Source: a virus (taxonomy: Duplodnaviria > Caudoviricetes). Taken from it: a DNA stretch of 64,000 nucleotides. Both the position numbers and the translations under genes were made by a program. Below, in pieces: positions 48,307 to 58,342 of the stretch (its first letter is position 1; every line of letters starts with the position of its first letter). The notes under the pieces are model-generated. The model made no database searches, was not told where the DNA came from, and saw only the letters and a list, made by a program, of their open reading frames with translations. The DNA lies in the IMG/VR virus record IMGVR_UViG_3300050505_000468, positions 1 to 64,000 of that record; one strand, given 5' to 3'.

Positions 48307-49626
48307 TTAGGCGCGAACGCGGCCCCTGTAGTACTCGGCCGCCTTTTTGTCTACCGATTCTGCGATCCCCAGGATCCGGGCGGCCATTGCCTGGCCTACC
48401 TCGGCCATGGAGTAGCGGGATTCGATGGCTGCGGGGCGGGTGAAGTCCGGGGGCGGCGCGGCCTGGACGAGCGCGGCGGCAAGATCTTCCTGGGTGTAGT
48501 CCGCCCATTGCGATCCGGCGGGCCAGCCGTAGCTCGGGTGCGCCGGCGCCATGAAAAACGGGAGCGAAATGTCGCGATCGGGATCGGAGAAATCGGCGGT
48601 GCCGCCGTAAGGGACGTGGACGAGCTGATTGCCAGCGAGCTTGGCGTCGAAGGCAGGGAAACAGAACGCCTCGCCGTGGGAGGGGGCCACGTAGATGTTG
48701 TTGTCGAAGTGGAGCTTCAGGATCGCGGGTTCCGGCAGCACATCCCCAATCAGCTTGATGCGGGGGCGGACCGCGGCGGCACGCGGGTGCGCCTTAAGCT
48801 CGGCTTCGAGAAACGCCTCGGGGCTCACCGCTGCGCTCCATTTGCTGGGCGTGTACTTGATAGTGAGAGTTGCGGATTCGTCCTTGCCGTAGACGCTGAT
48901 GAAGGCGCGAATCAGCCGGTCGAAGCCTTTGCGGGGTTCCCAGCGGCCGATCGCGTAGAAGCGCTTTTCCGCGATCGGCTTTCGCCGGACGCACTGAAGG
49001 ACCGGCGCATCCGGCAGATAGGGATGCGGGATCACGGCCACGCGTTCGACGCCCGAGGCCTCCAGCATTTGCTTGTTCTGTTCGCAGGGCACCCAGCATT
49101 CGGCCACGCGATTCAAGACGCGCACGATGTCTTCGCCCACGCGATCGCGTTCCCACACGCTGTAAACTACAGTGGATGCGCCGATCTGGCTCCGCATGGC
49201 CAATAGCTTTGCCGGCTCGGCGTGGATCAGGCTCCGGGGAAAGATGGCGCGGGACAGCTTTTCTGCGTCCTGCACGACCAGGTGCCGGATGATGGGCACG
49301 TGCGCGCCGATCGACATGTCGCGCAAGTCTCCGACCTCGGCCGCGACCAGAGGATGGATGCCGATGTGAAGGGGCTCGGGGTAGCCCTTTTCACTCATCA
49401 CCACCCCGCTCGTGCTCGCCACGCGTACCGGGATCCCGGCGTCGTTCAGGGCGCGGGCGTGGCGGCGGATGGCCCGCGCCGTCCCGTCGTGGAGCGTTGC
49501 CCACTCGCCATTGTAAAGGACACCGTAGGCGTGCGCGGCGGGCGCGCCGGCGGCGAAGTAGGAACCGCGGACCGATCCGTCTTTCGGGACTTCGGCGCTG
49601 CCGCCCGTAGCGGGAAGATCGGTCAT
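48307..49626 (-). CDS. glycosyltransferase family 4 (GT-B)
   Basis: IGRWEPRKG, PSHGEAFCFPAFDA. Confidence 0.82.
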   Translation of the reverse strand: MTDLPATGGSAEVPKDGSVRGSYFAAGAPAAHAYGVLYNGEWATLHDGTARAIRRHARALNDAGIPVRVASTSGVVMSEKGYPEPLHIGIHPLVAAEVGDLRDMSIGAHVPIIRHLVVQDAEKLSRAIFPRSLIHAEPAKLLAMRSQIGASTVVYSVWERDRVGEDIVRVLNRVAECWVPCEQNKQMLEASGVERVAVIPHPYLPDAPVLQCVRRKPIAEKRFYAIGRWEPRKGFDRLIRAFISVYGKDESATLTIKYTPSKWSAAVSPEAFLEAELKAHPRAAAVRPRIKLIGDVLPEPAILKLHFDNNIYVAPSHGEAFCFPAFDAKLAGNQLVHVPYGGTADFSDPDRDISLPFFMAPAHPSYGWPAGSQWADYTQEDLAAALVQAAPPPDFTRPAAIESRYSMAEVGQAMAARILGIAESVDKKAAEYYRGRVRA

Positions 49627-49915
49627 ACGCGCTTCACCGCGACTTCGGCGTCGTACAGCACTTCGCTTGCCCGCACGTAATCCTCGCGCGGGACTCCGGT
49701 TGCCACGGCCACCGCTGCGGCCAGGTTCATGACCACGGCTGTCGTGATCTCGGGGGTCAGTCGCTTGTCCGTGAGCATCCGTTGCTTCAGAAAAGCATCG
49801 AGGGCTTTGCCGAGTGCGCCGGCGGGGGTTTGTAGATCAGGCGCCGGCGGATCTTCGGCACGGCCGCCGCGGATCACGCGCATTCGTTTTCGGCTTGCCC
49901 GGCGTTCTTGGCGGT

Positions 49916-50629
49916 TCATGCGAAAATGCCTCCCTGGTGGCCGAGCGTTCCGTTCGTGCCGGCGATGTCTTCGGCGAGATCGCCCGCATCTTCGATCGTG
50001 CTCTGGCACGCGTAGAGGGCTGCCTTCTTGTCGCACTCCTTGCCGAAGGCCTCGAGCCAGTCGGCGATGCCTTCGCGGATCTTGTGCAGGCCCAGGGGTT
50101 TCGTCACCTTGCGTACGTCGATCGTGAGCTCGCCGCGGAGCTCTTCGGAGATCTTGTAGGCCGTGTGCGCGACGGCCATCATGACCCCGTTGCGGACGTG
50201 CGCCTTCACGCGCTCTTGGAGCGTCGGTGGATCCGACTTGTAGAAGAAGGCCGGCTTCAGTCCGCCGTCGGGATCGATCGGCGGGAAGATGCCTTCCTGT
50301 TCGTCGGGATCGGCCGGTCTGATCTCGGGTTCTTCATCTGGGCGCATTAGCCGTCCATGTTTGAAGCCGAGCACGTAGCCTATGGCTTGCTCTTTTTCAC
50401 AGGATGGCAGGTCGTTCCAGTCCACGATGCACGGGTGCTCGTGATCGTTGCCGGCCGCACCGCGCTTCCATCCGTCCACGCGCATCGCTTCGCGCCATTG
50501 TGTGTGGATCTCGACTGCGATTCCGAGCTCGCTCATCTGATCTTCTTCTACCCACTTCTCGAGCCGTACGAGTCGATCGAAGTTGAGCTCGTGCAGCCAC
50601 GGCAGCCCTGGGTCAGAAATCGTCTCCAT
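49916..50629 (-). CDS. protein with divergent RyR-like domain
   Basis: HTQWREAMRVDGWKRG...HEHPCIVDWNDLP. Confidence 0.6.
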   Translation of the reverse strand: METISDPGLPWLHELNFDRLVRLEKWVEEDQMSELGIAVEIHTQWREAMRVDGWKRGAAGNDHEHPCIVDWNDLPSCEKEQAIGYVLGFKHGRLMRPDEEPEIRPADPDEQEGIFPPIDPDGGLKPAFFYKSDPPTLQERVKAHVRNGVMMAVAHTAYKISEELRGELTIDVRKVTKPLGLHKIREGIADWLEAFGKECDKKAALYACQSTIEDAGDLAEDIAGTNGTLGHQGGIFA

Positions 50630-50994
50630 GCCTTACTCCTTCGCGCGCTTCTCGAGTTCTTCGCCGCGGTGGCCAGTCCACGCTACCCACAGATTAAAGA
50701 AACCATTTGCGCCGGCAATTAAAGCCAGCGGCAGGTGGCCCGACGAGATCGCTTCACAGCCGACAAGAAAGCTGAGCGTTGCAGCCGCTGCCCCAAACTC
50801 CCGCCAGCGAACAATGTACTTACTCATCGGCTTCAAGGGCTTCGTCCAGACTTGCCTTCACAACCCTCCACATATGGAGGCCTACGCAAAAGAGCGCGCC
50901 TCCCATCGTGAACCAATGTCCGTTGCTCCACGTTTCGGCGGCGATGAGCAGGTACACGGAAATGAGATCCACGCTATGGCTGGACGCCTTCATC

Positions 50995-51654
50995 TTACTC
51001 ATCGCCACGCACCACTGAGTGATCGATCTTGAACCGGTAGCCGCAGCCGAGCTGGGGGCACGTCGCCCATTCGTCGAGCTCGATCGTACCGGCCAGCGTG
51101 ACCACTTCGTTCGGGTCGTCTGGGTTGATCCAGATCTCGCCCATGTTCTTCGGGTCGACCTCGAAATGCCGGTTCGATTGCTTGATGTGCATCTGCGAGT
51201 CGGCCATGTGCCGGCCGAGCGTGAAGACGCAGCGCGGGCAGCACATCGTGAGTGTGTATTCCTTCGTCCCGTCTTCGTGCGTCTCTTCCGACAGCTCGCA
51301 GGTCATCCACTCTTTGATCTCCGTCGAGCGGGGACGCTTGATGCCGAGCACGATGCTCGCGTGCGTCGAGCGGCCGCCGAGCTTCATGCTCATCATCCTG
51401 GCGTGCGTCGTGGCATCGGATGCGATGGGCTTTCCGTCAGGCGACAGGGCACCGGGAAGGGCGCCGCCGCGGGTCGCGGCGAATTGCGCGTCCTGCACGT
51501 TCCGGCGCTCCTCGGCTTCGGCGTGGCGCCGGGCAACGTCCATGTCGTACGCGAACGAGGTCGTTCCTCCCCGGACCCAGGCATCGAGCGGCGACTCGAT
51601 CTCTTTGGCAGGCTTTTCTGCCGCTACATCAGCCGGACTATCGCTATCGGCCAT
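50995..51654 (-). CDS. hypothetical Zn-binding protein
   Basis: CCPRC and CPQLGC. Confidence 0.6.
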   Translation of the reverse strand: MADSDSPADVAAEKPAKEIESPLDAWVRGGTTSFAYDMDVARRHAEAEERRNVQDAQFAATRGGALPGALSPDGKPIASDATTHARMMSMKLGGRSTHASIVLGIKRPRSTEIKEWMTCELSEETHEDGTKEYTLTMCCPRCVFTLGRHMADSQMHIKQSNRHFEVDPKNMGEIWINPDDPNEVVTLAGTIELDEWATCPQLGCGYRFKIDHSVVRGDE

Positions 51655-51686
51655 TCTCCCCCACTAGCACCGGGGAGCCGAGAGCG

Positions 51687-52745
51687 TCAACGGCGCTTCG
51701 GGCCCTCCCCGGCCTTCAGGCGCTCGAGGTACTTGTGGGACAGACTCTTGAGGACGTCATACGCGCGCGCCTCGGTCGTTCGCTCGGTCAACACCGCCCA
51801 TTTGGCTTCCTTGCCGCGCTCATCGTAAATCCGGCAGAAGCTTCCGTTCTCGCAGCACGCTTCGATATCGCACACGCACGTGTGCCCGGGCGGGAGCTCG
51901 GGTTCTACTCCCTCTTTCATTCGCGCGACGAATGCGGCGTGCGCCTCGTGGCGGGTCGGGCGGGGCGCGATCACGGCCGGCGGCTCGGGGTGCCCGATGC
52001 TCAAGCCGTGGGGCTCGGGAACACGGTCCATGAAGCTTTTATCCATCATGGCCTTGATGCGCTTCTGGTGACAGGCCGGGCAGTTCCAGATGCCTTCACA
52101 GCCCACGCTGCGGAGCTTCTCGCCATCCATCAGCGCGTCGCACCCGGGGCAATGAAAACAGCTTGTCACTTGCGCGTACCCGTTCGCCTCGTCATCAAAG
52201 CCCACACAAAAGGTCTTCCCGCGCCACCCGATGCGATAGACCCACTCCAAGCGGTCGATTTCGGTGACTCTGGCCTTCCGGCCAAGCTGGCGGCGCGCCT
52301 TGTCGCCGATCTCCATCACGCCGTAGCGCGTGATGAGCTCGGATGAGTAGGCGTAGAGGCCGATCGCGCGGCGCGTTGGGAGCCCTGCAGCGCAGGTTGG
52401 GCTCCGATATGTGGAACTGTCCGCGTACCCAACAATTTCCTTGCCCCACTTTTCCCAGTCTTCTTCGCTCAGCGAACCAACGACGGAGAGACCGAGGTCG
52501 AGCTTCTCCACCGTGAACTGGCACTGGGCGTTTCCCACCTTGTTCTCGATCAGATCGCCTACGTAAAGGCGCGCGCCCTTGCAATCGACTGGCCAATGGA
52601 CGGCGAGCCGCGCCTTGTATGCCTCGTCCGTCTCCCCTTCGTCGCGCCGTGATTGCTGCGCGCCGAGCGCGGTGAGTTCGGGGCCGGCGGCATGATCGAG
52701 CAGATCCCGTGAGTAGCGTTGATCCGGTGGTGAGTAGCGTTTCAT
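51687..52745 (-). CDS. hypothetical multidomain protein
   Basis: GETDEAYKARL N-module, LYVGDLIEN, CxxC pairs. Confidence 0.6.
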   Translation of the reverse strand: MKRYSPPDQRYSRDLLDHAAGPELTALGAQQSRRDEGETDEAYKARLAVHWPVDCKGARLYVGDLIENKVGNAQCQFTVEKLDLGLSVVGSLSEEDWEKWGKEIVGYADSSTYRSPTCAAGLPTRRAIGLYAYSSELITRYGVMEIGDKARRQLGRKARVTEIDRLEWVYRIGWRGKTFCVGFDDEANGYAQVTSCFHCPGCDALMDGEKLRSVGCEGIWNCPACHQKRIKAMMDKSFMDRVPEPHGLSIGHPEPPAVIAPRPTRHEAHAAFVARMKEGVEPELPPGHTCVCDIEACCENGSFCRIYDERGKEAKWAVLTERTTEARAYDVLKSLSHKYLERLKAGEGPKRR

Positions 52746-52976
52746 CGTTTCATCCTCCGTCGAAACCAGGCGGAGCTTCCGTTTCCGTCTCTTCGATGAG
52801 TGCGCGGCGGGCATCTTCTTTCGCCTTAAACGCTTCGAGCTCGGCCACGCGGGCAGTGAGCTTCTGAATGACCGTGCAGCACGACACGTGCTGGGTAAAC
52901 GATACTCCGCTGGAGTAGGACACATTCTCCAACGCGCCGCAGTACTCGCAGGTTTTGTATTTGTAGTTTTCTGTGC

Positions 52977-53570
52977 TCACAGCAGGCTCTTCCCCGTCTT
53001 CGCCTGATAGCGGCGGACGATGGTGAACGACGCGGACTTCGGGTCCTTGCCGCGGGAGACGACCCGATCGTGGATCCCTTCGGTGGCGCCGATGCGCGCA
53101 AACTGCGCGGCGCGGGTGAGTGAATCGTACGGGCCCCAGGGGCCTTCGGAGGTCAGGGGTTCGGAAGAGCCCACGGCGAGGGCCCACACGTAGAAGCCGG
53201 GGTTCGATTTCATGGCTGGTTTCTCCGAATCCGCGAACACCGCGTCCGCGCCGCGCTCTTCCACATCGGCTGCGACCGCTTTGGGCAAGCCCCACACCGT
53301 GGATGCGCCCGGCTTACTCCGCATGCCGCCTTCGGTCTTGGGTGCGTCGATCCAGTGCCATTGGCGGCCACGCTTTTTCATAGCGGAGCCGGTGTCGACG
53401 ACAAGGCCGCGGAGGGCGAGCGTGCGCGCGGCGCGGTTCACCGCTGCCGTCGTCATGCCCAGATCTTCGGCGATCTTGCCGGCGGCCGCGCCGGTCGACT
53501 CCGGTTCTACGTAGTCGACTTCGCTAGCGATCGCCGCGAACACTGGCTGGAGCCCTGCATCCACGTTCAC
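52977..53570 (-). CDS. winged-HTH-containing hypothetical protein
   Basis: AGKIAEDLGMTTAAVNRAARTLALRGLV. Confidence 0.55.
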   Translation of the reverse strand: MNVDAGLQPVFAAIASEVDYVEPESTGAAAGKIAEDLGMTTAAVNRAARTLALRGLVVDTGSAMKKRGRQWHWIDAPKTEGGMRSKPGASTVWGLPKAVAADVEERGADAVFADSEKPAMKSNPGFYVWALAVGSSEPLTSEGPWGPYDSLTRAAQFARIGATEGIHDRVVSRGKDPKSASFTIVRRYQAKTGKSLL

Positions 53571-53755
53571 TTCGCCTTCCGTTCGTTCTTCTTGTCCCGT
53601 TTTCGCTTCATACGCACTAGCTGGGTGATTTCTCCCGGGAAGAGTGCGCCGGGGCGTGGGGTGCGGCCACAGCGCCTGCAGGTCTCACCCCGAAAGACCA
53701 CGATGAACTCGAGGTCGCGGGTCAGGCACTCTTCGCACACGCACGCGGGCACCCG

Positions 53756-54601
53756 TTAGCCCGCTTTGCGGCCGAGCTCTTGGGCAACCTGGACGATCCG
53801 GGCGGCGCCATCGGCGGCTTTGCGGGCAGCGCGGAGCTCCTCGGCGGCACGGGCGAGGTTGTCCGCCCGCTCGCGCAGCACCCGTTCGGCCTGCTCCACT
53901 TCTACGATGGGATCAAAATGCTCGTGATTGTAGCGGCTGAGCATCATGATCTTTTCCACGGCAGCGCCGATGCGGCCTGCGTTCCACTTGCCGATCTTGA
54001 TGCCGCTTTTTTCCTCGAACTCCTTGATCGCGGTCTCGAGATTCTTGTTTTCATTCTCGAGGTCTTTGATCTTCCGTTCGAGCTCGGGTGGGCCAAGCCC
54101 GCGGCCCTCGGCAAGGCCGTCGCTTCGGGCTGTCGTCACCCGGGCATCGAGGCCTTCTGCAGCGCGGCGTAGAAGTGCTGCGACGAATCCCTTGTCGAGT
54201 GGCTTTGGTTTCAGCGCGGGGGCTTCGCGCTTCGTCTTCAGGGTCTGGCCACCGAGCACCATGAGCCCCCAGGTCGGCGGGAGCTCGCCGGGCTCGATGA
54301 TGCTCTCGTCGCCCACGGCTACCCACCAGAAGTCACAGAATTTCTGGATCGCGTCGGCCTTGTCGGGATTCATGAGCTCGCGCTGCCAGTCCTGCCTGCT
54401 CACCTTGATCTCGATGCCGTGGATCCCTAGCCCACGCGAGGGCCACAGCGATACGGCCACGGCATCGGCGTGGCGGGTGCACCCGAATCCGGTCTTGTCC
54501 CCGACTTCGGCAAGAAGCGCCCAGGCGGGAGCAGCGAATTTCTTCTCGAGTGCGGCGAAGACGTCGCGGGCGCCGTACTTCGGTGCTTTCTTCGATGCCA
54601 T
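53756..54601 (-). CDS. PD-(D/E)XK nuclease-like (MmcB-like) protein with coiled coil
   Basis: EV...ADAVAV...GIEIKVSRQDW. Confidence 0.7.
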   Translation of the reverse strand: MASKKAPKYGARDVFAALEKKFAAPAWALLAEVGDKTGFGCTRHADAVAVSLWPSRGLGIHGIEIKVSRQDWQRELMNPDKADAIQKFCDFWWVAVGDESIIEPGELPPTWGLMVLGGQTLKTKREAPALKPKPLDKGFVAALLRRAAEGLDARVTTARSDGLAEGRGLGPPELERKIKDLENENKNLETAIKEFEEKSGIKIGKWNAGRIGAAVEKIMMLSRYNHEHFDPIVEVEQAERVLRERADNLARAAEELRAARKAADGAARIVQVAQELGRKAG

Positions 54602-55413
54602 CAGCCGCCCGCCGCTGCCCACGTCTCCCGGCCGACCTTGCCGTCGACTTTGAGCGGTGCGCCCGTTCCGGACACGTGCGCGCGCTGGAAGAATTTGGTC
54701 GCCGATTCGGTGAGGGAGCCGAAGTGACCATCGACCACCAGGGCATCGTGGCCATTGGCTTCGAGCCAGGGGTTAGCCACGTGCTGCCAGATCTTCACGT
54801 AGGGTCCGAACGAGCCGCGGAGGATGAGTGGATTATCGGGCAGAAACGTATCGAGCTGCCAGGGCTCGAGCGCCGGGGGTTGCCCCGTGTCCATCACCGG
54901 CTCACCGAGTGCGCCGGCGATCGCTAAAACCGCGCTTCGCATCGCCTGGTAGTGATTCTCGATCCTATCGGCGATCGTTTTTCCGAACCCTTCGTAATAA
55001 CGCGTGGCGTGAAGGGCTGCGGACACATTGTAAAGATTGCCCGAGCTCGCGGCGGCAAGAACGGACGGGCGCTTCACGTACACTTCGCGCGCCAGCGCAT
55101 CGAAGCCTGCCTGGGGCGTTGGGTATTTCGCAAAGCAGATCGTGTACGGGGTCGATGACCCGTCGGGGTTCGGGTGCGTGTCGACGTACTGGAAGGAGGT
55201 GCCAAGATCGCAGGGCGGGCGGCTTGATTGGATCGCGCCCATGTTGTTCGAGCCCTGGCCCGCCGTCTTCCACGCTGTCCCGTCGCGCGTTTCGATCCAG
55301 CTCACCCCCTGCTCGGCCTGCGCTTCGGAAGTGGTGGGATCCCGGCCGATGCGCGTCCTAAATCCTTCGACCACGAATGGCCGTGCCCAGCGATGCAGCT
55401 CTGCGGGTGTCAT
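54601..55413 (-). CDS. putative endolysin (glucosaminidase/lysozyme-like plus peptidoglycan-binding domain)
   Basis: ET...NNMGAIQ...FAKYPTP; C-terminal VDGHFGSLTESATKFFQ...VDGKVGRETW. Confidence 0.75.
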   Translation of the reverse strand: MTPAELHRWARPFVVEGFRTRIGRDPTTSEAQAEQGVSWIETRDGTAWKTAGQGSNNMGAIQSSRPPCDLGTSFQYVDTHPNPDGSSTPYTICFAKYPTPQAGFDALAREVYVKRPSVLAAASSGNLYNVSAALHATRYYEGFGKTIADRIENHYQAMRSAVLAIAGALGEPVMDTGQPPALEPWQLDTFLPDNPLILRGSFGPYVKIWQHVANPWLEANGHDALVVDGHFGSLTESATKFFQRAHVSGTGAPLKVDGKVGRETWAAAGG

Positions 55414-55432
55414 GCTCGGTTTTTTCCTTTCG

Positions 55433-56221
55433 TCAGTGGGCTACTTCTAGGGCGTAGAGATCCCACGCGCCGACAAGGGCGTCCTCGTCGATCAAAAAGC
55501 ACCAGGGCCAGTACTGGCCTTCGGGATCGTGCGCGCCGCCCCAGGGATCGGGCCAGTGGTTTTGCCCAAGCGCGCGATAGCGACCACCCGGCATCTTCCA
55601 CACGCGCACGATGCGGACGGCGTGGCCGTTCTGTTCGCCACCCATGTGCGCCGCTGTTGCGACCTCGTTCGGCTTCAGATTGAAGAATGGCTCCTTGAGA
55701 CCGAAGGCGCCGCTTACACCGAGACCGCGATCGGTGGCATCTGAAAGCGCGTCGAGCTCGAAGATCCGATAGTGGGTGATGGTTGTACCGCGGTGATCGT
55801 AGGCGTCGAGCTCGGAGGCGAGATCGTCGCCGGCGGGTGCGGCGCCGCGGCCGGCTTCTACCGGATCGGTGTCTTCGCCCTCCTTATAGTGATCCCAGCC
55901 GCGGTGGATCAGCCCATCGATCATGTATTCGGTGCGCGTGCCTTCGTCGATGTTTTCGATCAGGCCCTGCCGGCGCCGGGCCTCCCGCCAGATCCCGATG
56001 GCCGAAGCCGTGATGACGTTGCCGTGCGCCGCGTCGATGATTTCTGCACCCGAGTAGCCCAAGCAAGCCGGGGCAAACTGGATCCGGCGGGGCGATGGCA
56101 CGGCAAGGACCCGGCCCGTGCCGGGCGCGGGCAGCGCCTTGGCGCTCCCGTAGTTTGCAGCCACGGCATCGCTGAAGCGTGTGACTGGGCGATCGGGCAA
56201 TGTGCCGCAGAGATGCTTCAT
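55433..56221 (-). CDS. papain-like (C1) cysteine peptidase
   Basis: Q...ACLGYS, NGHAVRIV, QNHW..PWG. Confidence 0.65.
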   Translation of the reverse strand: MKHLCGTLPDRPVTRFSDAVAANYGSAKALPAPGTGRVLAVPSPRRIQFAPACLGYSGAEIIDAAHGNVITASAIGIWREARRRQGLIENIDEGTRTEYMIDGLIHRGWDHYKEGEDTDPVEAGRGAAPAGDDLASELDAYDHRGTTITHYRIFELDALSDATDRGLGVSGAFGLKEPFFNLKPNEVATAAHMGGEQNGHAVRIVRVWKMPGGRYRALGQNHWPDPWGGAHDPEGQYWPWCFLIDEDALVGAWDLYALEVAH

Positions 56222-56604
56222 TTGCAAAGCTCCCCGCTGTAGGCCCGATCGAGATCCGCGCAGTCGTGGATCGTGGCGATGCACCGGGGTTCCCAGTTGC
56301 GGCCATCGGCGGCGGCAGCGCGGCAGGCTACAGCGAACGGGGTACCGCCGGGCGTCGTCCACCACGGCGTGCCATCCGGCTTCCGGCATTCCAGGCCATC
56401 GGGCGCGGGGTGCAGGGCGCGTGGGCCGATGCGCGCTTCGGCGCGGCCACAGTCATCGAGCCCAGCGTCCGTGGTGGCGGCACTTGCATCGCCATACGGT
56501 GCGGGCGCCGAGGTCGGGATCGGTGCGGCGTCTGGCTTGTCCGGCGGCGGCATGCAGCGGCAGGACAGGGCAAGAAGCGCGACCAGGGTTACTGCGTGCT
56601 GCAT
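56218..56604 (-). CDS. Cys-rich lipoprotein
   Basis: LLALSC lipobox-like segment, Pro-rich linker. Confidence 0.55.
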   Translation of the reverse strand: MQHAVTLVALLALSCRCMPPPDKPDAAPIPTSAPAPYGDASAATTDAGLDDCGRAEARIGPRALHPAPDGLECRKPDGTPWWTTPGGTPFAVACRAAAADGRNWEPRCIATIHDCADLDRAYSGELCK

Positions 56605-56951
56605 TCCCGGGCCCAGCTTTCGGATGCGCCTTCGGAGATCACGATGGCGCCGGCGGCGATGGCCGCTGCGGCGACCCCGCCAATCGCAAGGCCCACCCGC
56701 GTGGTTTCGTATTTGGGATCTTCGAGGGGGAGTGTGGAGAGGCCCGATGCGCCGCCGAGAACAGCGGCACCCTTGCCAAGCGCGCCCCAGAATTGGCGCC
56801 GATCGTCCAGTGTGTTGCAGCGCGCGACCTGTTCCGGGGCCACCGCGGGCGAGCCCACTGTGCGCGGCGGCGCCGCGGCAAGCCGATTCTGTTCGAGGGA
56901 GCCGGTGCAGGCGGCGAGGATGAGGGCTGCGAGGATGATGGGCGATTTCAT
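56589..56951 (-). CDS. lipoprotein with two hydrophobic helices
   Basis: LILAAC lipobox. Confidence 0.6.
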   Translation of the reverse strand: MKSPIILAALILAACTGSLEQNRLAAAPPRTVGSPAVAPEQVARCNTLDDRRQFWGALGKGAAVLGGASGLSTLPLEDPKYETTRVGLAIGGVAAAAIAAGAIVISEGASESWARECSTQ

Positions 56952-57156
56952 GGACGAGTTCCTTATTCGGGATCAATCTTCCGTAAATCCAAGCGCCCGC
57001 TGGCGGTCCGGCGTGGGCCGTACGCAGCTTTCAAACGGGCTATCAATTTTCGCACCAGCCGTTCGTGGACTTCGGGCGAAATGCCGGTGAGGGCGGCTTC
57101 GATGAGCCGCTCGAGCTGTTCGAGGCGGGGACTGTCTTCGTCTTCCGGTGCCGCCA

Positions 57157-57453
57157 TTACTTCGTGCCGAGCCACTCCTTGACGGCCTCCACCGTGCCCA
57201 CTGCGGTGATCGTGAGCCCGGCAATGGCGGCAAGAAATGCCACTACATCATCTGCGGCACGCTTGGGAACCCCCGGCTTTGCATGGGCCAAATTCGTGGG
57301 TTTTACCGGGCCGCGGGAGGCAAGGACGTGATCGACAGCGGCACGGCCGATGGTGAAGAGCCCAATCGCGGCGCCGCCAGCAATTAGCACATCGGCAAAG
57401 TCGAGCTTGGCTGGCGGGGCCTGGAGAACGGGCGGGGGATGGGCCGCCACCGT
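57157..57453 (-). CDS. two-TM small membrane protein (start uncertain)
   Basis: VLIAGGAAIGLF and VVAFLAAIAGLTI. Confidence 0.5.
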   Translation of the reverse strand, partial: TVAAHPPPVLQAPPAKLDFADVLIAGGAAIGLFTIGRAAVDHVLASRGPVKPTNLAHAKPGVPKRAADDVVAFLAAIAGLTITAVGTVEAVKEWLGTK

Positions 57454-58076
57454 TACTCCATCGAAACGGAGACGGGCAGGATCATCATGCCGCTCGGCGC
57501 GGGCAGGCGCATGCCGCAGCGGCCGACCGACTGGGGAACGGTGAGCTTTCGGCCGGTGTCGCACCACTGGGCCGCCTGGCCACTGCGGCGCTTGGCACTC
57601 ACCCGGATCCCGCGCGCAGCAAGCCAGCTCGCCGGCTCGATGAACACGGTCGATAGCCGGCCGCTTGCGTCGCGCACGACCTGCTCGACGGTCATCGCGA
57701 GGCCATCGCCGAGGGCCACGACCTGGCCGGCATGCACCTTCTGCCCCGGACCCTGCACCTGGATTTCGAGACCGCCCTTTGCGGCGTCTCCCATGTACGT
57801 GATGATGATGGGCTCGCTACTCGATGCGATCCGAAGCGTGCCGCCGGGGTTCGTGCCGCCGGGCTGGATGATCTTGCCGGCCACCGGGGAAAAGATCTCC
57901 GCCTTGCCGCGGTAGCTGGCGATGCGCATGGCGGACGTGCAGGCGCCCGTGCCGGGCGATCCGGCGCAGGCCGATACGAAGCCGTCCCGCACGATCGCAC
58001 GGAAGGGGCGGTAGGCCGCGCGCGCGGCGGAAGCGGCACCAAGGGCACCGAGGAAAAGTACGCCGAGGGGGATCAT
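57453..58076 (-). CDS. membrane-anchored degenerate M23/LytM-fold protein
   Basis: SPVAGKII, GQKVHAGQVVA, IEPASWL; zinc ligands not apparent. Confidence 0.5.
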   Translation of the reverse strand: MIPLGVLFLGALGAASAARAAYRPFRAIVRDGFVSACAGSPGTGACTSAMRIASYRGKAEIFSPVAGKIIQPGGTNPGGTLRIASSSEPIIITYMGDAAKGGLEIQVQGPGQKVHAGQVVALGDGLAMTVEQVVRDASGRLSTVFIEPASWLAARGIRVSAKRRSGQAAQWCDTGRKLTVPQSVGRCGMRLPAPSGMMILPVSVSME

Positions 58077-58150
58077 GGTCCGATGCTACGGGAGGGATTG
58101 GGCGGGGGGCAAGAAATCGGGCCAGAACCGGCGCCGCAGGCCGCGGGTTT

Positions 58151-58342
58151 TTACCGGTGTGTGCCTACCGGAACGCGGTCCAGCATCCCAAGGACGCCGA
58201 AGACCTGCAGGAGCCAGATCACCAGGGCCAGGATTACGACCACGTTCAGGATGGTCTTCACCTTCTGCTCCATCGGAACGAAGGTGTTGATGCAATAGAG
58301 AACAACGCCGACCACGACGATCGCGATGATGATACTCAGCAT
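58151..58342 (-). CDS. Thivi_2564-like small membrane protein
   Basis: IVVVGVVLYCINTFVPM...KTILNVVVILALVIWLL. Confidence 0.75.
   Translation of the reverse strand: MLSIIIAIVVVGVVLYCINTFVPMEQKVKTILNVVVILALVIWLLQVFGVLGMLDRVPVGTHR

Noticed and set aside
53756-54601. Cas4 candidate
   Set aside because: PD-(D/E)XK-like, but lacks the four Fe-S cysteines and is far from the arrays
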